From Candidatus Omnitrophota bacterium (GTDB lineage: Bacteria; Omnitrophota; Gorgyraeia; Gygaellales; Profunditerraquicolaceae): 64,000 nucleotides of DNA. The position numbers were made by a program, and so were the translations under genes. This document shows positions 19,562-29,093 of the stretch, in pieces (position 1 is the stretch's first letter; each line of letters starts with the position of its first letter). The DNA lies in the NCBI GenBank assembly GCA_025453395.1, contig JALOQK010000002.1:410509-474508 (forward strand). Reading direction: 5' to 3'. The notes under the pieces are model-generated. The model had not been told where the DNA came from and ran no database searches. It saw nothing but the letters and a program-made list of their open reading frames with translations.

Positions 19562-21304
19562 TTATTGATTTACTGCCTTTTTCTTATTTAAAACTTTTTC
19601 TTTTCGCGCTGCCTGCCGTAGCGCCTTCTGCATTTCTTCCTGCTGTTGTTCTTTTTTCCCGTTCCATAATTCATCCTGGAGCTGGGCAATCTTTTCCGCC
19701 GGATAGTCCGCATCATCAATTACGCGCGCGGTAATAAAAATCAAGAGGTCCACTTTTCCGGTATCATTGGTTTCTCTCTGGAATAGCTTTCCTATAAAGG
19801 GAAGCTTGTTTAAAAAAGGAACCCCTATGGTTTCTTTGGACTTAACATCCTTGAGAAGCCCGCCTATTACTACAGTTTCTCCGTTCTTAACCATAATCTG
19901 AGTCTGCGCTTCCCGAACATCGATAACGGGATAATTAACTGTACTCTGCCAATTACCGGAAATAGAAGTAGCAGAGACATTACTGGAAGAAGAAGTGATA
20001 CTGGGATGTATAAGCATATTTATATACCCAGCATCCCCCACCTGCGGGACTACATTAAGCCTGATGCCAATTTCCTGATAATAATCCAAGGTCTGGGTTT
20101 GGGTTGCGCCCTCGCCTGATGTCCCGGCAGTTACGGTGGAACTTAAGATAGGCGTATGATACCCTACCAAAATAGAGGCCTCCTGATTATCCAGTGTCAT
20201 AATCCGGGGGCTAGACAAAGTATTGGTGGCGGCATCATCTTCTAAGGCATGCACGATAAGTTGAAACTCTGTTCCGGTTAACTTCTTAAAAATAACATCA
20301 AGCCCCGCGGAATAAGGATTGCTAAGACTGGAAATTGTTGTAGACGGAGAAAAGATACTGGGAGTAAGGGTCGCCGCGGAACTTCTTCCGGCAATAGTCA
20401 TAGAATTTTTAGCATTTACATCTACCTCTCCCGGAGAAGCAGAACTAGCGCCGGTGGTGCCCGTGCCCCAGTCAAGCCCTAAATCTTTAAGTTTGTCTTT
20501 TTGCACTTCCATAATCTTGGCCTCAATCAAAACCTGTTTTGGCTTATTGTCAATCTTGGCCAAGAATTCCCTGATATTATCAACCGAACTAGAGGTATCT
20601 GTAATAACAAGTGTTTTTGATTTGATAGACTGCGGCAGGTCAACTTTAGTCGGGATAATCCCTCCGGCAGCGTTACGCTCAACCGCGATAGTTTCCTGGC
20701 TTGTCCCTGCCTCGCCCTCACGCTTTAGGCCTTCGCCGCCAACTGTTTCACGGCCAATTTTAAATGAGCCGAATTGCCACCCCTTAGATCCTTTGGTATA
20801 AAAAATTGAGATCCTGCCCCTGGGAGACAACATCGGGATAAGCACCTTCTGCGCGTCTTGGGCATCAAGGTATTTTAAATTAAAGACCTCGGTCCTTAAT
20901 GGCTCATCAGCCTGAATCTTAGAAATATTTTCCAATTTTGTAACCAGAATTATATTGCCCTGCCTTTGATAGGCATAACCATAAGTCTTTAAGATTACAT
21001 CCAAGGCTTTTTCCCACGGCACATCCACCAGCCTAATGCTGATATTTCCGATAACATCAGGAGTAGAAACAATATTTGTGCCGGCTTTTAAAGCGATTAT
21101 CTTAAGCACATTATTGATATCCGCGTCGGTAAAATCCAACGTCACAAGTTCCGAGGTATCCAACGCCTTCTTTTCGATAGATTCCACTTGCAAAGGAGGG
21201 TTGCTTTGGGCAAACGAAAACCCAAACGGGTAAGAAGCTGCCAAGAAAAAAGCCATGGCTGCCCGCGACAAAGAACTTGCTTTGCACAATTTAAACTTTT
21301 TCAT
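19562..21304 (-). CDS. pilQ: Type IV pilus secretin PilQ
   Basis: Signal peptide, N-terminal periplasmic domains and a C-terminal secretin domain (VVIGGLLKDVKSKETIGVPFL...IFITARVI). It sits downstream of pilMNOP. Confidence 0.85.
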   Translation of the reverse strand: MKKFKLCKASSLSRAAMAFFLAASYPFGFSFAQSNPPLQVESIEKKALDTSELVTLDFTDADINNVLKIIALKAGTNIVSTPDVIGNISIRLVDVPWEKALDVILKTYGYAYQRQGNIILVTKLENISKIQADEPLRTEVFNLKYLDAQDAQKVLIPMLSPRGRISIFYTKGSKGWQFGSFKIGRETVGGEGLKREGEAGTSQETIAVERNAAGGIIPTKVDLPQSIKSKTLVITDTSSSVDNIREFLAKIDNKPKQVLIEAKIMEVQKDKLKDLGLDWGTGTTGASSASPGEVDVNAKNSMTIAGRSSAATLTPSIFSPSTTISSLSNPYSAGLDVIFKKLTGTEFQLIVHALEDDAATNTLSSPRIMTLDNQEASILVGYHTPILSSTVTAGTSGEGATQTQTLDYYQEIGIRLNVVPQVGDAGYINMLIHPSITSSSSNVSATSISGNWQSTVNYPVIDVREAQTQIMVKNGETVVIGGLLKDVKSKETIGVPFLNKLPFIGKLFQRETNDTGKVDLLIFITARVIDDADYPAEKIAQLQDELWNGKKEQQQEEMQKALRQAARKEKVLNKKKAVNQ

Positions 21305-21705
21305 TCTTCCCCCTTCTTATAGATAATTTCCGTGGTTTGCCCGTCTTTGATTAGGACAATTTTATCCTGCTCTATTTTTAAAACCTGATAATCTTCAACA
21401 AAATCGCCGATTTGCACAACCGCCCCTCCGATCAGAGCGTAAGAAACTCCTCTGGGGTCGTAGCTTATCCCCTCAAGGACAAAAATATCCTGTTGCTTCC
21501 TGCTGCCGTTTTGCTCTAAATTAACGAATTTCCCGTCCTTTGTCACAAGCGGAATAAAGGGATTACGCCTATCTTTAACAGGAGGCGTATTCGGTTTTTG
21601 CTCTGCAGGAATCGCGTTCTGTTTTTGTTCTTCGGCTAACACAGCTACAGAATAAAAAGCCAAAAAACAAAACAAACAAAAATATAAACCGATGTGTTTT
21701 CTCAT
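21301..21705 (-). CDS. pilP: Pilus assembly protein PilP-like
   Basis: Signal peptide or lipoprotein-like N-terminus and a small beta-rich protein between pilO and pilQ. The call rests on position and size. Confidence 0.5.
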   Translation of the reverse strand: MRKHIGLYFCLFCFLAFYSVAVLAEEQKQNAIPAEQKPNTPPVKDRRNPFIPLVTKDGKFVNLEQNGSRKQQDIFVLEGISYDPRGVSYALIGGAVVQIGDFVEDYQVLKIEQDKIVLIKDGQTTEIIYKKGEE

Positions 21706-21709
21706 AGTC

Positions 21710-22276
21710 CTAAATCTTTATATATGTCTTAAAGCTAAGTTTAATGTTTTGGATCAATGGCGTTGCCTCTACTGACTGGATTGATATATCATTGAGCCTT
21801 AAAAAGATATCCTTGCTCTCCATGTCCGAGAGAAAACGCATAAAATTATAATACGAGCCAAAAATATCCAGGCTTATCATTACCCCTAAAATAGTGCTTT
21901 TACTCTTTGGATTATAAGCTTCCCGGGAAGTGCGTATCTGCATAACCCGAAGCTGATATTTATTCGCCACGTCTGAAATATCTTTTAAAACAGCTGGTAC
22001 GTCTTCTTCAGTGATCAATCTTTGTGTTTTCTGGGGAGTTTGAGCTTTTTTCTTAAACTCCTGCATAAGTCTTATGTCCGCCTCCAGCTTCACAATGTCG
22101 GATTTAGCCTGACTTATCTTATTCTTTGCATCCGCGATTGACCTAAACTGCGCGGAAAGAAGAAATTGATAATCAACAACCAATATCACAAGGCAAATAA
22201 TCCCGATAAGCGCCAATTTCTGCATATCAGAATTTATGCGATTAAAATATTTCTCCGTTATATCCTTATATGTCAT
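21710..22276 (-). CDS. pilO: Type IV pilus assembly protein PilO
   Basis: Single N-terminal TM helix then coiled coil, ~190 aa, in the third position of a pilMNOPQ operon. Confidence 0.6.
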   Translation of the reverse strand: MTYKDITEKYFNRINSDMQKLALIGIICLVILVVDYQFLLSAQFRSIADAKNKISQAKSDIVKLEADIRLMQEFKKKAQTPQKTQRLITEEDVPAVLKDISDVANKYQLRVMQIRTSREAYNPKSKSTILGVMISLDIFGSYYNFMRFLSDMESKDIFLRLNDISIQSVEATPLIQNIKLSFKTYIKI

Positions 22277-22836
22277 TTAAGTTTCCCTGAAATCGTAAAA
22301 TCCACGATATCATAACTGGATATTTGCCTGCGCTGCATAGCGCCAAGCTCAATATTCGTAAAAGCGCTCATAAAATCGGCGTCCTCTTTGATCTTTGTTA
22401 AAAATTCATTGATAAGAGAAACTTCATCCTTGTCCAGAGAAACAACCGAAGCCTTAAGGATAAATGTATCTTGCGAAACAGATATATCCGTAAACCATAC
22501 CCCGGATGGCAAACTTAACCCCAGACGGTCAAGCTTTCCCGCCCAAAGCGAGTATTTACCGGCTACCGCCTGAAGCGCATTTGTATCCATATTTTTTGAA
22601 TCAAATTCTTTCTTGAAGTCTTCATAAGATTTCCTGTCTTTTTCCAGCATCTTCCATTTATTCTGCAGGGTGAATAAATTCCCGCTTATAAAAATCTGCA
22701 CGCAAAAGAAAATAACGTGCACAAAAATAAGTATCCCGATGATAAGCGGGATTATATACAGAAAAGACTGGATATTAAGCAGGCTTTTCTTTCTATTAAG
22801 CTTTAATTCTTCCGGAAGCAAATCAATTTCTATCAT
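22273..22836 (-). CDS. pilN: Type IV pilus assembly protein PilN
   Basis: Short cytoplasmic N-terminus (IEIDLLPEE), one TM helix and a periplasmic domain, encoded directly after pilM. Confidence 0.6.
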   Translation of the reverse strand: MIEIDLLPEELKLNRKKSLLNIQSFLYIIPLIIGILIFVHVIFFCVQIFISGNLFTLQNKWKMLEKDRKSYEDFKKEFDSKNMDTNALQAVAGKYSLWAGKLDRLGLSLPSGVWFTDISVSQDTFILKASVVSLDKDEVSLINEFLTKIKEDADFMSAFTNIELGAMQRRQISSYDIVDFTISGKLK

Positions 22837-22840
22837 ATTT

Positions 22841-23875
22841 TTATCCGCGCAATGCCAAGCCTACTGCCACAGCCAATTGGCCAGACAAAGATTTTAACTT
22901 TTTTGCATCTAAACCGTCGGCAATAAGTATCCGCTTTAAAGGATCCCAGCCTGATATCTCAATATCCAACAAGCCCGATAACGATTGCGGCAACCCCTCT
23001 AATAAAGCGGTGCCGCCGCTTAAGAATATTTTTTCAACATTTAACGCGCTTTGGCTCTCATAGTAATCAAAAGAAACCCTGATTTCCGTGGCCAGGCTAG
23101 CCAAAACAGGCTCAACGGCAAGTTTTATCTGCTCTATCTTATCATCCGGCGGGGAAACTTTTATTTTTTCAGCAGATGAAAAATCAAGCGAAAGATTTTC
23201 TGCGATCCTATGGGTAAAATTATTCCCGGCAATGGAGATATCACGGCTTAATACAGGAACACCTTCCTCTAGTATGCTTAAGGTAGAATAAGACGCCCCG
23301 ATGTTTAAAAGGGCCACAGTCTTAGGAAGATTGCTTTTTTCTGCTTTAACCTCATTAAAAATAAAAGCGTTTACTACGGCCAAAGCATCGTGGTCCATAA
23401 AGCTTGGGATTAAATTATTCTCGGTGGCTAATTTTACGCGCTGGCTTGTATAATCTTTCTTGGAAGCCGCCACCGCCACAAACATATTGTTATTGGCAGT
23501 ATCATTTTTCAGTATCGCCGCGTCAAGATTTACCTCTTGCGCCGGAAACGGTATATACTTCTGGGCTTCAAATTTTATGGATTTACGCAATTCATCTTCG
23601 GTCATTTTGGGCAGGGTTACATAGCGCACCGTAGTAGATGAGCCGCAAAGAGAAAGATTAACGAATTTTGTATCATTAAAAAAATGAAAAATGGGTTTTA
23701 GGGTTTCCTGTGGGTCTGCTCTTACGGGAACATTATCAAAACCGCATAGCTCTAACAGATTATTCTTGAAAGAAAACTTTACCAGCTTAACGAAACTGGT
23801 TCCCGAGTCCAAACCAATAGATATTCGGGGCTTGATAAAAATTTTTTTTAAATCCAAGACATTAAGTTCTGCCAT
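22841..23875 (-). CDS. pilM: Type IV pilus assembly protein PilM (actin-like ATPase fold)
   Basis: IGLDSGTSFVKLV N-terminal phosphate-1-like motif, ~345 aa. Confidence 0.8.
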   Translation of the reverse strand: MAELNVLDLKKIFIKPRISIGLDSGTSFVKLVKFSFKNNLLELCGFDNVPVRADPQETLKPIFHFFNDTKFVNLSLCGSSTTVRYVTLPKMTEDELRKSIKFEAQKYIPFPAQEVNLDAAILKNDTANNNMFVAVAASKKDYTSQRVKLATENNLIPSFMDHDALAVVNAFIFNEVKAEKSNLPKTVALLNIGASYSTLSILEEGVPVLSRDISIAGNNFTHRIAENLSLDFSSAEKIKVSPPDDKIEQIKLAVEPVLASLATEIRVSFDYYESQSALNVEKIFLSGGTALLEGLPQSLSGLLDIEISGWDPLKRILIADGLDAKKLKSLSGQLAVAVGLALRG

Positions 23876-23889
23876 AAAGAATTAGGTGC

Positions 23890-24144
23890 TTAATTAACCA
23901 GCGGCCCCATAACAGGAGGTTCTTGAACAACGGCCTGGGAATCCGCATCTTTCTTTTTATCTTTATAGATAATCCGCTGCCTATTGGCAGGGACACTATT
24001 TTGCGTTTGCTCAATAACAGTTACATTTTTATTAGAAACTGGGGAGGATTTCTGGGGGCCTTGATTAAACCAACCTATTATCGCTACCGTTACTAAATAT
24101 ATAACCACAATTCCAGCCGCAAATATTATAATCTGCTTCTTCAA
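23890..24144 (-). CDS. Small single-pass membrane protein, hypothetical
   Basis: N-terminal TM helix (IIIFAAGIVVIYLVTVAIIGW) and a polar C-terminus. It lies between the PilX-like gene and pilM. Confidence 0.35.
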   Translation of the reverse strand: MKKQIIIFAAGIVVIYLVTVAIIGWFNQGPQKSSPVSNKNVTVIEQTQNSVPANRQRIIYKDKKKDADSQAVVQEPPVMGPLVN

Positions 24145-24248
24145 ACTTCCTCCTAAAGTATTTGATATAATATTATACTATATTTTAAAGGATTTGCTAC
24201 AACAATTTTCTAGCGTATTCTTTAATTTTGACTTTTGACTTTTTACTT

Positions 24249-25964
24249 TTAAATCCCCATGTCGTGCCATGTTAACCGGCTATCCAATTTCCCATCATCA
24301 AAAACCGCGAAATTGGTCATATACGGAAAATAGGGCGGGGTTGTGCCGTTCAACATGCGCGCGTCATAGATAAAATTCCTGCCATAGCCAGTCAACTGGC
24401 CTGAACCCTGGCTAAAGGTGCCGAATGCCCCATAGAAATCCGTAATTGTGCCGCCTAATAAGGTAACATTGCCGCGGGGAGAGCCCTTATTATAATCATC
24501 AACCGTAAATATCCCATTATGCGCCATGACTACCCCGTGCATCACTAAATTATTAGGCGCAGTCTTGGCGATAATCACATCCCCTCCCCAGGAAAGTATC
24601 CCTAAAACATTGTTATACCCGGTAGCATTTAAAGTAGGAGTAGTATTATAATTCTGGTAAGTAATATTATTGGTAATGTTGATGTCACGCTCGCTTGAAA
24701 CAGTAACCTTGGTATTGCCCTCTACTACCCCGGCAAGGCTGGCGATATCATCATTCACATAGATGAGCACGCCCTCATGGCTTACCCCATCGGGTATTCC
24801 GGTATAAACTTTAGTATTACTGCCGTCAACAACGGTTGTGGTATTGGCCGTATAATTCAAAGTAATTACCTTAGTGGTGCCGGAACGGGTAATAGTATAA
24901 ACCGGGCCGGCCGCTCCAACCGACATAACAATTGTAGGATTGTCATTGCTTTGCCCCTGGTTGCCCCGCACATAAATTCCTCCGGTAACCGCTGTGCCGT
25001 TATTGGGGACAAATATCCCGTTAGTATTATCAGGCATTCCGCCTAAGGCTTGAGTCTTAAGTTGGGTTTGAGTAATTGAAGGCGATAGATTAATTATCCC
25101 GAATCCCCGCGTAAATCCTGCATTAAAAATAGGCTTATCCCGCATGACATCCACGCCGGCAACCATAACCGAATTATAATCCGCGTCTTTTGATACGGGG
25201 TTTCCCAGATTATAAAACTGCGCCTTAGTCTGGTGTTGGGTAACTAATTCCGAGAAGGTAGCGCTGGGATCATTGGCAAAACTAAAACGGTCATTAGTAG
25301 AAACAGGCCCGTTGAAATTTGTATCCGCGGTAAACCAGACAGTTGTGCCTGAAGGAGTAGAGTGATGCGAAGTAAAAAGCGCGAATTTAGCGAAGTTATC
25401 GCGGCGGATGGTTATCTTAAATTCTCCTTCCGAAAGCATAACCTGCCTGGTAACTGACGGATTAGTATTTGTAATATTGCCTTGCGAAATAACAGAATAT
25501 TTATAAGGAAATTCAAATATATCCAGAGTAGCGTTAATAGTAGGCGCGCCATTAGCCTGGACTGAAATAACCGCGGAATAATTTCCTTGAATAATGCCGT
25601 CCAAAGAAGAATTCGCGATAGTTAAAGTCGCAACCCCGGAATTCACCGAGAAAGGCGTCCCGGCATTAGGATAGGCGAAAGCGGATAAAACCCCTAAAGG
25701 GTTTGTGGCATAAGCGCTAAAGGTTGACGAAGTAGTAACTTTTGCTATGCGGGAGTTTATATCAATTCGGATGCGCCGGCGCAATTCGCTTACGGCATGA
25801 TTTGCTCCAGCCTCGGCAAGGCTTAACGCCTGAATAGTATATAAATTCCTGTCCGCGGAGCGTTTCTCAGTAAAAACACCGCTAAAATAAGCTCCTACGA
25901 CAATAAGAAGCACCGCCATAACCATCAAAGAAACAGCTAAAACCATTCCTCTATTGTTATTCAT
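24249..25964 (-). CDS. PilX-N-domain large pilus-associated protein (putative minor pilin or tip adhesin)
   Basis: N-terminal hydrophobic helix plus ...ALSLAEAGANHAVSEL... resembles the PilX N-terminal domain. The remainder is an Asn/Thr/Gly/Ser-rich, beta-like region of ~500 aa. Confidence 0.5.
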   Translation of the reverse strand: MNNNRGMVLAVSLMVMAVLLIVVGAYFSGVFTEKRSADRNLYTIQALSLAEAGANHAVSELRRRIRIDINSRIAKVTTSSTFSAYATNPLGVLSAFAYPNAGTPFSVNSGVATLTIANSSLDGIIQGNYSAVISVQANGAPTINATLDIFEFPYKYSVISQGNITNTNPSVTRQVMLSEGEFKITIRRDNFAKFALFTSHHSTPSGTTVWFTADTNFNGPVSTNDRFSFANDPSATFSELVTQHQTKAQFYNLGNPVSKDADYNSVMVAGVDVMRDKPIFNAGFTRGFGIINLSPSITQTQLKTQALGGMPDNTNGIFVPNNGTAVTGGIYVRGNQGQSNDNPTIVMSVGAAGPVYTITRSGTTKVITLNYTANTTTVVDGSNTKVYTGIPDGVSHEGVLIYVNDDIASLAGVVEGNTKVTVSSERDINITNNITYQNYNTTPTLNATGYNNVLGILSWGGDVIIAKTAPNNLVMHGVVMAHNGIFTVDDYNKGSPRGNVTLLGGTITDFYGAFGTFSQGSGQLTGYGRNFIYDARMLNGTTPPYFPYMTNFAVFDDGKLDSRLTWHDMGI

Positions 25965-25981
25965 CAGCCACCCCTCACTTT

Positions 25982-26584
25982 CTAAAACTCTCCCGCTGGA
26001 GGTTCAGATACGCTTACACTTGAATCAAGATTAGAATTGCGATTGCGTAAAGTAACTTCGGAATCTAAAGAAAAATCATTCTGGTTATGAGTAGTTACGC
26101 TTAACTTTACCACAGGACAAGTTACATCAACCGTAGTACAAGTATATGAAGTGCAATTTGCGCAGCCGCCGTTAAAACTTATGCTGGAAACGCCATTAGC
26201 CACGATTACCGCAGGGTTACTGCCTTCCTTTTTTAACAACCTGGTAGTATCCGTGGGGTCAAGCTTAAAAGTAATTTTATTCAACTGGGTTATTGCGCCT
26301 GAACCATTAAAAACAGGGGCGTAAAAATCAATCCTTTGGTTAGAATCGCTAATTACAGCAGAATAAGTAACGCCCCCTATCAGCCATTGAGCGTTAGCTT
26401 GGCGTAAAATACGGCCAACCTCATTGGTGAGTTTGCGCGCTTGAGCTTGAGAAGTTAAATTCCCCTGCTGGCGTTTCCAACTATTATTGGAATTCGTCAA
26501 CAACGCAAGAACCGCAGTAAATAAAACCAGAAATACCGCTAAAGAAATCACTAACTCAACCAAAGTAAAACTCTTCTTGTTCAT
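25982..26584 (-). CDS. Prepilin-type N-terminal cleavage/methylation domain protein (minor pilin, PilW-like)
   Basis: KSFTLVELVISLAVF prepilin leader/cleavage consensus. The start is trimmed to the internal MNKKSF. Confidence 0.65.
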   Translation of the reverse strand: MNKKSFTLVELVISLAVFLVLFTAVLALLTNSNNSWKRQQGNLTSQAQARKLTNEVGRILRQANAQWLIGGVTYSAVISDSNQRIDFYAPVFNGSGAITQLNKITFKLDPTDTTRLLKKEGSNPAVIVANGVSSISFNGGCANCTSYTCTTVDVTCPVVKLSVTTHNQNDFSLDSEVTLRNRNSNLDSSVSVSEPPAGEF

Positions 26585-26597
26585 TTCTCTCCTTGTG

Positions 26598-27047
26598 CTA
26601 CCTGGACACAAAAGTAATTATCTCAACCGGAGAATCTAAAAACCCGTTGCCATTAGTATCTTCGCTGGACTGCCACTGTCCGTCAAGATTAGTATCTTCT
26701 CCAATGATTCTTCCGCCCTTTGAAACAAAAGATACGGTAATTCTTACTTCTTTTAAATCCGCGTATTCTGTGGCAACAACCTCTACGGCTCCACGCGCGG
26801 TACCAGCTGGAAAACCCGCAACACTAAAACCATCCGTGTCAGTAACAACATTATTAAAATCCATATTCTTTAAGCTTTCCAACTGGGCTTGAGCAGCGTT
26901 ACTTGCCAAAGTGATCTGCCGGATTAAATCCCCCAAAGTCATAAAATTGACATAAAGTAAAAGCATGCCGCTTAAAACAAAGGCCAGCAAAAATCCGCTT
27001 AGCATAGTCTCAATTAAAGTAAATCCATTTTTATTCTTCAAGCGCAT
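26598..27047 (-). CDS. Prepilin-type minor pilin (PilV-like)
   Basis: NGFTLIETMLSGFLLAFVL prepilin motif (G|FTLIE). Confidence 0.65.
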   Translation of the reverse strand: MRLKNKNGFTLIETMLSGFLLAFVLSGMLLLYVNFMTLGDLIRQITLASNAAQAQLESLKNMDFNNVVTDTDGFSVAGFPAGTARGAVEVVATEYADLKEVRITVSFVSKGGRIIGEDTNLDGQWQSSEDTNGNGFLDSPVEIITFVSR

Positions 27048-27056
27048 ACGCCCTCT

Positions 27057-27479
27057 TTATTTCCCAGCCTTAAAACAATTTTCCTGACTAAAAACTCCTG
27101 CCGTAGTAACTGCGTATTTTTTTCTACCGGTAAAATTACAGCGTGCCGGAGCACTAACACAACTATAGCCTGTAGGATCTGTGCGCGGGCATTCCAACAG
27201 ATACCCCCTAAGCGCGCCCTGCGCCGAATAATCTTTATCTAAATATGGCGGTTGTGCCTTTAAAAGCATATCCAAAGACTCTGGATAGGCGCCTAAATGG
27301 TCTTTGGCATAATTCTCCAGCGCCGCGGACACTAATTTTAAAGATGATAAAGCCTCTGATTCATTCTGAGTCAGCATCGACTCCAAAAACTGCCCGATAA
27401 AAATACGCAAGAAAAGAGCAATTACTGCCACAACTATCATTATTGCCACTAAACTTTGCGCTTTCTTATTATCCACCAT
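27057..27479 (-). CDS. Pilin-like membrane-anchored protein without a canonical prepilin cleavage motif
   Basis: N-terminal hydrophobic helix (LVAIMIVVAVIALFL) then a ~100-aa Cys-containing domain. It sits between the minor pilins and the major pilin. Confidence 0.35.
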   Translation of the reverse strand: MVDNKKAQSLVAIMIVVAVIALFLRIFIGQFLESMLTQNESEALSSLKLVSAALENYAKDHLGAYPESLDMLLKAQPPYLDKDYSAQGALRGYLLECPRTDPTGYSCVSAPARCNFTGRKKYAVTTAGVFSQENCFKAGK

Positions 27480-27555
27480 TATACCTTTCTTAGAAATAAG
27501 GCGAAGACACTTTATGTATCTTCGCCTATTTCGTATTACCTGAACAAACTAATTG

Positions 27556-28017
27556 CTATTGCCCTACCTGTGCAGCAGCGGTGGAACATACATCTCCAGT
27601 CGTAGCCACAGCACCAGCAGTAGAACCTCTCATAATCCCGGTGTGATCAATACAGAAATACCTGTTACCAGTTGTACCCGGAGTACTCGGATCAGCAGTC
27701 GCAGTAAAAGTATTGATAGCATCCGTTCCTGCTGTAACAGCATACACATATCCGTTCTTAGTTGTGCCGACAAAACCAGTAATAAAAGCTGGGTTTGCCC
27801 CTGTCAAAGCAGCAAGGTTTGGCGGATATACAGGAGAAACCTGTGCTGTACGATAGGTCTCTGCGGCTGTCGCCACTGCCCTTAAACCAGCAATAGCGTT
27901 TGATTCATTAGCAGTTAACCTAGTTCTTAACAAACCCGGTATAGCGATTGTTGCCAATAAGGCTATGATAGCGACAACAATCATGATTTCCACAAGCGTA
28001 AAACCTTTTCTGTTCAT
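27556..28017 (-). CDS. pilA: Type IV major pilin (PilA/PilE-like)
   Basis: MNRKGFTLVEIMIVVAIIALLATIAIPGLLRTRLTANES is a canonical class III signal and alpha1 helix. The Thr/Ala/Gly-rich variable region ends in a C-terminal Cys pair. Confidence 0.8.
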   Translation of the reverse strand: MNRKGFTLVEIMIVVAIIALLATIAIPGLLRTRLTANESNAIAGLRAVATAAETYRTAQVSPVYPPNLAALTGANPAFITGFVGTTKNGYVYAVTAGTDAINTFTATADPSTPGTTGNRYFCIDHTGIMRGSTAGAVATTGDVCSTAAAQVGQ

Positions 28018-28509
28018 GTGAAATCCCCCTTCCTAAGGTATAATTAACAACCTTTTTGTTTCGCGCTCTTTGGAAGGTAATCCCCTCTTTCCGGTTACTA
28101 TTCTTTACTATAATGATTTCTCTTATTGTAACCTTAAGAGCCAATTACCCTTAGCGCCCGTTGTCCACCTTAAAATAATTATCTCACCCCCTTTCTTTTT
28201 GTCAAGTAAAAAATATGAAGCCCTTCCTATTCAAATCTTATGGCGGAATCCCGACCCCTAACATTCACCTAATTCGGCTAGGGCGTCGGGATAAATAAAA
28301 ACGCCCTAAACACTTGATTTTAGGGCGCAAAATTATTTAAATATTTAAGCACTTTTTTGGCAACGCAGCCCTCCGACTGTGGACATCGGAGCTGTCGCTT
28401 TGCGCCCTAACATTACTGTTAGTTTGCCCTTTTCAATAAGGATGCTAAACCTCTTATTTAAAATATAGCACAAAAAAAGGCCATTTTCAAAGAAATCTTT
28501 TAATGTTCC

Positions 28510-28968
28510 TTACTGGCCTAATTGCTTAGCAGTATTTGTGCAAGTTGTCCCAGCTGTAAAAACGCTAGCGGTAGCGCCTCTCATAATTCCGGTATGATCA
28601 ATACAAAAATACCTGATGCCGGTTATCCCATAGGCATCCGGTCTAGCAGTAGCGCTAAATGTATTTACCGGATCACTCCCACAAGCAACATCAAAAACAT
28701 AACCGGATTTAGTAGCGCTTGTAAAACCGGTAACAAAGGGAGGAACGCTTCCTATTAAATCAGTCAATGCCGCAGGATATGAAGGAGAAACCTGCGCTGC
28801 TCTGTAGGATTCCGCACCCGTAGCGATTGATCTTAAACCAGAAATAGCCTTAGATTCATTAGCCATAAGCCTGGTCCTTAATAAAGAAGGTATGGAAATC
28901 GTAGCTAATAAGGCAATGATAGCAACCACAACCATAATCTCTACTAAGGTAAAACCGCGAAATCTCAC
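28510..28968 (-). CDS. pilA: Type IV major pilin, second paralogue
   Basis: MRFRGFTLVEIMVVVAIIALLATISIPSLLRTRLMANES. It shares the conserved C-terminal ...RYFCIDHTGIMRG...GQ with the 27556-28017 paralogue, and the middle region diverges. Confidence 0.8.
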   Translation of the reverse strand: MRFRGFTLVEIMVVVAIIALLATISIPSLLRTRLMANESKAISGLRSIATGAESYRAAQVSPSYPAALTDLIGSVPPFVTGFTSATKSGYVFDVACGSDPVNTFSATARPDAYGITGIRYFCIDHTGIMRGATASVFTAGTTCTNTAKQLGQ

Positions 28969-29093
28969 TATCCCTCCTTTTTAATATGTAGTTATTATTA
29001 CATTTATAAATAAACCTGTCAAGAGCGTCTACTTTATACGCAATAATCTGAAATAGGTTTACATATTTATCGCGATATGCTAAACTAACCGGA

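Noticed and set aside
27920-28144. 74-aa ORF overlapping the pilA start and upstream region
   Set aside because: It overlaps the strongly supported pilin gene and its RBS and has no recognisable features. It is probably a spurious ORF, as are the many short plus-strand ORFs lying antisense to the long minus-strand genes (e.g. 786-968, 9375-9707, 15335-16081).
28018-28200. Sigma-54 (-24/-12) promoter upstream of the major pilin
   Set aside because: The best candidate, tGGctcttaaggttAca, lacks the conserved GC of the -12 element and has poor spacing, so no confident call can be made.
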